DNA of 64,000 nucleotides from the human T2T-CHM13v2.0 reference genome, Homo sapiens. The first letter of the stretch is position 1. Each line of letters begins with the position of its first letter. The stretch lies in NCBI RefSeq assembly GCF_009914755.1, contig NC_060937.1; one strand, given 5' to 3'. Both the position numbers and the translations under genes were made by a program. A model generated the notes under the pieces. The model had not been told where the DNA came from. It saw only the letters and a list, made by a program, of their open reading frames with translations, and made no database searches. Of this stretch, positions 54,701 to 64,000 are shown piece after piece.

Positions 54701-57700
54701 TGAGAATGCTTCTGTCTATTTTTTATGGGAAGATATTTCCTTTTTCACCGTAGGCGTCAAGGCGATCGAAATGTCCACTTCCACAAACTACAAAAAGAGT
54801 GTTTCAAACCTGCTCTATGAAAGGCCATGTTCATCTCTATGAGTCGAATGGAAATATCCGAAAGAAATTTCTGGGAATGCTGCTGTCTAGTTTTTATACG
54901 AATTCCCGCTTCCAACGAAATCCTCAAAGCAATCCAAATATCCACTTGCAGAATCCACAAAAAGAGTGTTTCAAAACTGCTCTATCAATAGAAAGGTTCA
55001 ACTCTTTTAGTTGAGTACACACATCACAAACAAGTTTCTGAGAATGCTTCTGTCTGGCTTTTATTGGAAGACGTTTCCTTTTCACCAAAGGCATCAAAGC
55101 GCTCCAAATGTCCACTTCCAGATTCTTCCAAAAGAGTGTTTGAAACGTGCTCAAAGTAAGGGAATGTTCAACTCTGTGACTTGAATGCAGATATCACCAA
55201 GTAGTTTCTAATAGTGCTTCTGTCTAGATTTTAGATGATGATATTCCCGTTTCCAACGAAATCGTTAGAGCTATCCAAATATCCACTTACAGTTGCTACA
55301 AAAACAGTGTTTCCAAACTGCTGCATCAAAAGAAAGGTTCAACTCTGTTAGTTGAGGACACACGTCACAAAGAAGTTTGTGAGAATGCTTCTGTCTAGAT
55401 TTTGTATGACGATATTCCCTTTTCCAACGATATCATTAAAGCAATCTAAATATCCATTTGCAGAATCCACAAAAATAGAGTTTCAAAGCTGCTCTGTAAA
55501 AAGAAAGGTTCCACTCTGTTAGCTGAGTACACACATCACAAACTTGTTTCTCAGAATCCTTCTGTCTCGTTTTTCTGGGAAGATATTTACTTTTTCACCG
55601 TAGGCATCAAAGCGCTCCAAATGTCCACATCCAGATACTCCAGAAAGAGTGTTTCAAACCTGCTCTATGAAAGGGAATCTTCAACTCTATGAGTTGAATG
55701 CAGACATCAGAAAGAAATTTCTGAGAATGCTGCTGTCTACCTTTTATTTGAATTCCCGCTTCCAACGAAATCCTCCAAGCTATCCAAATATCCACCTGCA
55801 TTTTCCACAAAAAGAGCGTTTCAAAACTGCTCTATCAATAGAAATGTTCAACTCCTTTGGCTGGGTACACACATCACAAACAAGTTTCTGAGAATGCTTC
55901 TGTCTAGTTTTTATGGGAAGACATTCCCTTTTTCACCAAAGGCATCAAAGCGCTCCAAATGTCCACTTCCAGACACTACAAAAAGAGTGTTTCCAACGTG
56001 CTCTAAGAAAGCGAATGTTCAACTCTGTGACTTGAATGCAGATATCACAAAGTAGTTTCTGAGAGGGCTTCTGTCTAGATTTTAGATGATGATATTCCCG
56101 TTTCCAACGAAATCATTAGAGCTATCCAAATATCCACTTACAGTTTCTACAAAAAGAGTGTTTCCAAACTGCTGCATCAAAAGAGAGGTTCCACTCTGTT
56201 AGCTGAGTACACACATCACAAACTTGTTTCTCAGAATCCTTCTGTCTCGTTTTTCTGGGAAGATATTTACTTTTTCACCGTAGGCATCAAAGCGCTCCAA
56301 ATGTCCACATCCAGATACTCCAGAAAGAGTGTTTCAAACCTGCTCTATGAAAGGGAATCTTCAACTCTATGAGTTGAATGCAGACATCAGAAAGAAATTT
56401 CTGAGAATGCTGCTGTCTACCTTTTATTTGAATTCCCGCTTCCAACGAAATCCTCCAAGCTATCCAAATATCCACTTGCAGATTCCACAAAAAGAGTGTT
56501 TCAAAACTGCTCTCTATCAATGGCAAAGTTCAACTCTGTTAGTTGAGGACACATATCACCAACAAGTTTCTGAGAATGCTTCTGTCTATTTTTTATGGGA
56601 AGATATTTCCTTTTTCACCGTAGGCGTCAAGGCGATCGAAATGTCCACTTCCACAAACTACAAAAAGAGTGTTTCAAACCTGCTCTATGAAAGGCCATGT
56701 TCATCTCTATGAGTCGAATGGAAATATCCGAAAGAAATTTCTGGGAATGCTGCTGTCTAGTTTTTATACGAATTCCCGCTTCCAACGAAATCCTCAAAGC
56801 AATCCAAATATCCACTTGCAGAATCCACAAAAAGAGTGTTTCAAAACTGCTCTATCAATAGAAAGGTTCAACTCTTTTAGTTGAGTACACACATCACAAA
56901 CAAGTTTCTGAGAATGCTTCTGTCTGGCTTTTATTGGAAGACGTTTCCTTTTCACCAAAGGCATCAAAGCGCTCCAAATGTCCACTTCCAGATTCTTCCA
57001 AAAGAGTGTTTGAAACGTGCTCAAAGTAAGGGAATGTTCAACTCTGTGACTTGAATGCAGATATCACCAAGTAGTTTCTAATAGTGCTTCTGTCTAGATT
57101 TTAGATGATGATATTCCCGTTTCCAACGAAATCGTTAGAGCTATCCAAATATCCACTTACAGTTGCTACAAAAACAGTGTTTCCAAACTGCTGCATCAAA
57201 AGAAAGGTTCAACTCTGTTAGTTGAGGACACACGTCACAAAGAAGTTTGTGAGAATGCTTCTGTCTAGATTTTGTATGACGATATTCCCTTTTCCAACGA
57301 TATCGTTAAAGCAATCTAAATATCCATTTGCAGAATCCACAAAAATAGAGTTTCAAAGCTGCTCTGTAAAAAGAAAGGTTCCACTCTGTTAGCTGAGTAC
57401 ACACATCACAAACTTGTTTCTCAGAATCCTTCTGTCTCGTTTTTCTGGGAAGATATTTACTTTTTCACCGTAGGCATCAAAGCGCTCCAAATGTCCACAT
57501 CCAGATACTCCAGAAAGAGTGTTTCAAACCTGCTCTATGAAAGGGAATCTTCAACTCTATGAGTTGAATGCAGACATCAGAAAGAAATTTCTGAGAATGC
57601 TGCTGTCTACCTTTTATTTGAATTCCCGCTTCCAACGAAATCCTCCAAGCTATCCAAATATCCACTTGCAGATTCCACAAAAAGAGTGTTTCAAAACTGC

Positions 57701-60700
57701 TCTCTATCAATGGCAAAGTTCAACTCTGTTAGTTGAGGACACATATCACCAACAAGTTTCTGAGAATGCTTCTGTCTATTTTTTATGGGAAGATATTTCC
57801 TTTTTCACCGTAGGCGTCAAGGCGATCGAAATGTCCACTTCCACAAACTACAAAAAGAGTGTTTCAAACCTGCTCTATGAAAGGCCATGTTCATCTCTAT
57901 GAGTCGAATGGAAATATCCGAAAGAAATTTCTGGGAATGCTGCTGTCTAGTTTTTATACGAATTCCCGCTTCCAACGAAATCCTCAAAGCAATCCAAATA
58001 TCCACTTGCAGAATCCACAAAAAGAGTGTTTCAAAACTGCTCTATCAATAGAAAGGTTCAACTCTTTTAGTTGAGTACACACATCACAAACAAGTTTCTG
58101 AGAATGCTTCTGTCTGGCTTTTATTGGAAGACGTTTCCTTTTCACCAAAGGCATCAAAGCGCTCCAAATGTCCACTTCCAGATTCTTCCAAAAGAGTGTT
58201 TGAAACGTGCTCAAAGTAAGGGAATGTTCAACTCTGTGACTTGAATGCAGATATCACCAAGTAGTTTCTAATAGTGCTTCTGTCTAGATTTTAGATGATG
58301 ATATTCCCGTTTCCAACGAAATCGTTAGAGCTATCCAAATATCCACTTACAGTTTCTACAAAAAGAGTGTTTCCAAACTGCTGCATCAAAAGAAAGGTTC
58401 AACTCTGTTAGTTGAGGACACACATCACAAAGAAGTTTGTGAGAATGCTTCTGTCTAGATTTTGTATGACCATATTCCCTTTTCCAGCGATATCATTAAA
58501 GCAATCTAAATATCCATTTGCAGAATCCACAAAAATAGAGTTTCAAAGCTGCTCTGTAAAAAGAAAGGTTCCACTCTGTTAGCTGAGTACACACATCACA
58601 AACTTGTTTCTCAGAATCCTTCTGTCTCGTTTTTATGGGAAGATATTTACTTTTTCACCGTAGGCATCAAAGCGCTCCAAATGTCCACATCCAGATACTC
58701 CAGAAAGAGTGTTTCAAACCTGCTCTATGAAAGGGAATCTTCAACTCTATGAGTTGAATGCAGACATCAGAAAGAAATTTCTGAGAATGCTGCTGTCTAC
58801 CTTTTATTTGAATTCCCGCTTCCAACGAAATCCTCCAAGCTATCCAAATATCCACCTGCATTTTCCACAAAAAGAGCGTTTCAAAACTGCTCTATCAATA
58901 GAAATGTTCAACTCCTTTGGCTGGGTACACACATCACAAACAAGTTTCTGAGAATGCTTCTGTCTAGTTTTTATGGGAAGACATTCCCTTTTTCACCAAA
59001 GGCATCAAAGCGCTCCAAATGTCCACTTCCAGACACTACAAAAAGAGTGTTTCAAACGTGCTCTAAGAAAGCGAATGTTCAACTCTGTGACTTGAATGCA
59101 GATATCACAAAGTAGTTTCTGAGAGGGCTTCTGTCTAGATTTTAGATGATGATATTCCCGTTTCCAACGAAATCATTAGAGCTATCCAAATATCCACTTA
59201 CAGTTTCTACAAAAAGAGTGTTTCCAAACTGCTGCATCAAAAGAGAGGTTCCACTCTGTTAGCTGAGTACACACATCACAAACTTGTTTCTCAGAATCCT
59301 TCTGTCTCGTTTTTCTGGGAAGATATTTACTTTTTCACCGTAGGCATCAAAGCGCTCCAAATGTCCACATCCAGATACTCCAGAAAGAGTGTTTCAAACC
59401 TGCTCTATGAAAGGGAATCTTCAACTCTATGAGTTGAATGCAGACATCAGAAAGAAATTTCTGAGAATGCTGCTGTCTACCTTTTATTTGAATTCCCGCT
59501 TCCAACGAAATCCTCCAAGCTATCCAAATATCCACTTGCAGATTCCACAAAAAGAGTGTTTCAAAACTGCTCTCTATCAATGGCAAAGTTCAACTCTGTT
59601 AGTTGAGGACACATATCACCAACAAGTTTCTGAGAATGCTTCTGTCTATTTTTTATGGGAAGATATTTCCTTTTTCACCGTAGGCGTCAAGGCGATCGAA
59701 ATGTCCACTTCCACAAACTACAAAAAGAGTGTTTCAAACCTGCTCTATGAAAGGCCATGTTCATCTCTATGAGTCGAATGGAAATATCCGAAAGAAATTT
59801 CTGGGAATGCTGCTGTCTAGTTTTTATACGAATTCCCGCTTCCAACGAAATCCTCAAAGCAATCCAAATATCCACTTGCAGAATCCACAAAAAGAGTGTT
59901 TCAAAACTGCTCTATCAATAGAAAGGTTCAACTCTTTTAGTTGAGTACACACATCACAAACAAGTTTCTGAGAATGCTTCTGTCTGGCTTTTATTGGAAG
60001 ACGTTTCCTTTTCACCAAAGGCATCAAAGCGCTCCAAATGTCCACTTCCAGATTCTTCCAAAAGAGTGTTTGAAACGTGCTCAAAGTAAGGGAATGTTCA
60101 ACTCTGTGACTTGAATGCAGATATCACCAAGTAGTTTCTAATAGTGCTTCTGTCTAGATTTTAGATGATGATATTCCCGTTTCCAACGAAATCGTTAGAG
60201 CTATCCAAATATCCACTTACAGTTGCTACAAAAACAGTGTTTCCAAACTGCTGCATCAAAAGAAAGGTTCAACTCTGTTAGTTGAGGACACACGTCACAA
60301 AGAAGTTTGTGAGAATGCTTCTGTCTAGATTTTGTATGACGATATTCCCTTTTCCAACGATATCGTTAAAGCAATCTAAATATCCATTTGCAGAATCCAC
60401 AAAAATAGAGTTTCAAAGCTGCTCTGTAAAAAGAAAGGTTCCACTCTGTTAGCTGAGTACACACATCACAAACTTGTTTCTCAGAATCCTTCTGTCTCGT
60501 TTTTCTGGGAAGATATTTACTTTTTCACCGTAGGCATCAAAGCGCTCCAAATGTCCACATCCAGATACTCCAGAAAGAGTGTTTCAAACCTGCTCTATGA
60601 AAGGGAATCTTCAACTCTATGAGTTGAATGCAGACATCAGAAAGAAATTTCTGAGAATGCTGCTGTCTACCTTTTATTTGAATTCCCGCTTCCAACGAAA

Positions 60701-63700
60701 TCCTCCAAGCTATCCAAATATCCACTTGCAGATTCCACAAAAAGAGTGTTTCAAAACTGCTCTCTATCAATGGCAAAGTTCAACTCTGTTAGTTGAGGAC
60801 ACATATCACCAACAAGTTTCTGAGAATGCTTCTGTCTATTTTTTATGGGAAGATATTTCCTTTTTCACCGTAGGCGTCAAGGCGATCGAAATGTCCACTT
60901 CCACAAACTACAAAAAGAGTGTTTCAAACCTGCTCTATGAAAGGCCATGTTCATCTCTATGAGTCGAATGGAAATATCCGAAAGAAATTTCTGGGAATGC
61001 TGCTGTCTAGTTTTTATACGAATTCCCGCTTCCAACGAAATCCTCAAAGCAATCCAAATATCCACTTGCAGAATCCACAAAAAGAGTGTTTCAAAACTGC
61101 TCTATCAATAGAAAGGTTCAACTCTTTTAGTTGAGTACACACATCACAAACAAGTTTCTGAGAATGCTTCTGTCTGGCTTTTATTGGAAGACGTTTCCTT
61201 TTCACCAAAGGCATCAAAGCGCTCCAAATGTCCACTTCCAGATTCTTCCAAAAGAGTGTTTGAAACGTGCTCAAAGTAAGGGAATGTTCAACTCTGTGAC
61301 TTGAATGCAGATATCACCAAGTAGTTTCTAATAGTGCTTCTGTCTAGATTTTAGATGATGATATTCCCGTTTCCAACGAAATCGTTAGAGCTATCCAAAT
61401 ATCCACTTACAGTTGCTACAAAAACAGTGTTTCCAAACTGCTGCATCAAAAGAAAGGTTCAACTCTGTTAGTTGAGGACACACGTCACAAAGAAGTTTGT
61501 GAGAATGCTTCTGTCTAGATTTTGTATGACGATATTCCCTTTTCCAACGATATCGTTAAAGCAATCTAAATATCCATTTGCAGAATCCACAAAAATAGAG
61601 TTTCAAAGCTGCTCTGTAAAAAGAAAGGTTCCACTCTGTTAGCTGAGTACACACATCACAAACTTGTTTCTCAGAATCCTTCTGTCTCGTTTTTATGGGA
61701 AGATATTTACTTTTTCACCGTAGGCATCAAAGCGCTCCAAATGTCCACATCCAGATACTCCAGAAAGAGTGTTTCAAACCTGCTCTATGAAAGGGAATCT
61801 TCAACTCTATGAGTTGAATGCAGACATCAGAAAGAAATTTCTGAGAATGCTGCTGTCTACCTTTTATTTGAATTCCCGCTTCCAACGAAATCCTCCAAGC
61901 TATCCAAATATCCACTTGCAGATTCCACAAAAAGAGTGTTTCAAAACTGCTCTCTATCAATGGCAAAGTTCAACTCTGTTAGTTGAGGACACATATCACC
62001 AACAAGTTTCTGAGAATGCTTCTGTCTATTTTTTATGGGAAGATATTTCCTTTTTCACCGTAGGCGTCAAGGCGATCGAAATGTCCACTTCCACAAACTA
62101 CAAAAAGAGTGTTTCAAACCTGCTCTATGAAAGGCCATGTTCATCTCTATGAGTCGAATGGAAATATCCGAAAGAAATTTCTGGGAATGCTGCTGTCTAG
62201 TTTTTATACGAATTCCCGCTTCCAACGAAATCCTCAAAGCAATCCAAATATCCACTTGCAGAATCCACAAAAAGAGTGTTTCAAAACTGCTCTATCAATA
62301 GAAAGGTTCAACTCTTTTAGTTGAGTACACACATCACAAACAAGTTTCTGAGAATGCTTCTGTCTGGCTTTTATTGGAAGACGTTTCCTTTTCACCAAAG
62401 GCATCAAAGCGCTCCAAATGTCCACTTCCAGATTCTTCCAAAAGAGTGTTTGAAACGTGCTCAAAGTAAGGGAATGTTCAACTCTGTGACTTGAATGCAG
62501 ATATCACCAAGTAGTTTCTAATAGTGCTTCTGTCTAGATTTTAGATGATGATATTCCCGTTTCCAACGAAATCGTTAGAGCTATCCAAATATCCACTTAC
62601 AGTTGCTACAAAAACAGTGTTTCCAAACTGCTGCATCAAAAGAAAGGTTCAACTCTGTTAGTTGAGGACACACGTCACAAAGAAGTTTGTGAGAATGCTT
62701 CTGTCTAGATTTTGTATGACGATATTCCCTTTTCCAACGATATCGTTAAAGCAATCTAAATATCCATTTGCAGAATCCACAAAAATAGAGTTTCAAAGCT
62801 GCTCTGTAAAAAGAAAGGTTCCACTCTGTTAGCTGAGTACACACATCACAAACTTGTTTCTCAGAATCCTTCTGTCTCGTTTTTCTGGGAAGATATTTAC
62901 TTTTTCACCGTAGGCATCAAAGCGCTCCAAATGTCCACATCCAGATACTCCAGAAAGAGTGTTTCAAACCTGCTCTATGAAAGGGAATCTTCAACTCTAT
63001 GAGTTGAATGCAGACATCAGAAAGAAATTTCTGAGAATGCTGCTGTCTACCTTTTATTTGAATTCCCGCTTCCAACGAAATCCTCCAAGCTATCCAAATA
63101 TCCACTTGCAGATTCCACAAAAAGAGTGTTTCAAAACTGCTCTCTATCAATGGCAAAGTTCAACTCTGTTAGTTGAGGACACATATCACCAACAAGTTTC
63201 TGAGAATGCTTCTGTCTATTTTTTATGGGAAGATATTTCCTTTTTCACCGTAGGCGTCAAGGCGATCGAAATGTCCACTTCCACAAACTACAAAAAGAGT
63301 GTTTCAAACCTGCTCTATGAAAGGCCATGTTCATCTCTATGAGTCGAATGGAAATATCCGAAAGAAATTTCTGGGAATGCTGCTGTCTAGTTTTTATACG
63401 AATTCCCGCTTCCAACGAAATCCTCAAAGCAATCCAAATATCCACTTGCAGAATCCACAAAAAGAGTGTTTCAAAACTGCTCTATCAATAGAAAGGTTCA
63501 ACTCTTTTAGTTGAGTACACACATCACAAACAAGTTTCTGAGAATGCTTCTGTCTGGCTTTTATTGGAAGACGTTTCCTTTTCACCAAAGGCATCAAAGC
63601 GCTCCAAATGTCCACTTCCAGATTCTTCCAAAAGAGTGTTTGAAACGTGCTCAAAGTAAGGGAATGTTCAACTCTGTGACTTGAATGCAGATATCACCAA

Positions 63701-64000
63701 GTAGTTTCTAATAGTGCTTCTGTCTAGATTTTAGATGATGATATTCCCGTTTCCAACGAAATCGTTAGAGCTATCCAAATATCCACTTACAGTTGCTACA
63801 AAAACAGTGTTTCCAAACTGCTGCATCAAAAGAAAGGTTCAACTCTGTTAGTTGAGGACACACGTCACAAAGAAGTTTGTGAGAATGCTTCTGTCTAGAT
63901 TTTGTATGACGATATTCCCTTTTCCAACGATATCGTTAAAGCAATCTAAATATCCATTTGCAGAATCCACAAAAATAGAGTTTCAAAGCTGCTCTGTAAA

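Larger units (their letters stand above)
1..64000 (-). repeat. Centromeric alpha-satellite higher-order repeat array (SF2, D13Z1/D21Z1-type; mix of 11-mer and 7-mer HORs), about 376 monomers
   Basis: ~170-bp periodic motifs (tctgagaatgcttctgtctag, aaaagagtgtttc, gttcaactctg). Identical ORFs recur at 1190, 680 and 678 bp, and 5x678+14x680+43x1190=64080 (last unit cut by 80 bp). CENP-B boxes all read on the minus strand. Alpha-satellite identity is near certain; the family assignment comes from recalled HOR size, EcoRI pattern and sequence, with no search run. Confidence 0.97.

Noticed and set aside
69-63654. Hundreds of 67-127 aa ORFs on both strands (MFQTCSMKG..., MPLIESS..., MSTFQTL...)
   Set aside because: They are translations of alpha-satellite monomers, overlapping on both strands, many with GTG/TTG starts. 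They have no recognisable domains and recur only because the DNA repeats. I used them solely as positional anchors.
1-64000. CRISPR-like or other repeat-spacer system
   Set aside because: There are no unique spacers; the sequence between conserved motifs is itself repeated. No cas-like or any other gene is present.
1-64000. Embedded L1/Alu insertion, inversion or non-satellite island
   Set aside because: Module lengths sum exactly to the window length, all CENP-B boxes seen are on one strand, and there are no poly-A tails or target-site duplications.
1-64000. Heptamer run lengths (1,3,3,1,6,2,2,1,1,1,1,1,4,2,4,1,3,2,4) as a code or global super-period
   Set aside because: No consistent period. 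Local duplications and single-unit slippage explain the pattern.
1-64000. Assignment to other arrays with 11/7/4-mer variants (D8Z2, D9Z4), or a firm chr13 versus chr21 call
   Set aside because: Monomer sequence and the 340/680/850 EcoRI pattern fit D13Z1/D21Z1 as I recall them. Chr13 and chr21 arrays are nearly identical, so alignment to T2T centromeres is needed to decide.

Overview
The whole 64 kb window is one uninterrupted, single-orientation array of primate (human-type) centromeric alpha-satellite with ~171-bp monomers. I see no genes, transposon insertions, inversions or CRISPR. All ORFs in the track are by-products of the repeat. Taking position 1 as phase, the array parses exactly into 62 modules: 19 tetramers (14 of 680 bp, 5 of 678 bp) and 43 heptamers of 1190 bp, the last truncated by 80 bp. 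This equals 19 canonical 11-mers (~1870 bp) plus 24 stand-alone 7-mers. Heptamer run lengths between tetramers are 1,3,3,1,6,2,2,1,1,1,1,1,4,2,4,1,3,2,4. The 11-mer size, five CENP-B boxes per 11-mer, the 340/680/850-bp EcoRI pattern and the monomer sequences fit the SF2 D13Z1/D21Z1 (alphaRI, S2C13/21H1L) active HOR family. Abundant 7-mers favour chr13, but that is inference. I found no novel coding system. The interesting signal is in array micro-evolution: a 290-bp near-perfect internal direct repeat explaining the 11-mer/7-mer switch, and a six-SNP haplotype that predicts which module follows, with distance-dependent decay. Also present are CpG and palindrome differences between haplotypes, two tetramer lineages, nested block duplications, one CENP-B box with an essential-base mutation, and a left-to-right homogeneity gradient. 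Variant calls were read by eye and need alignment confirmation.
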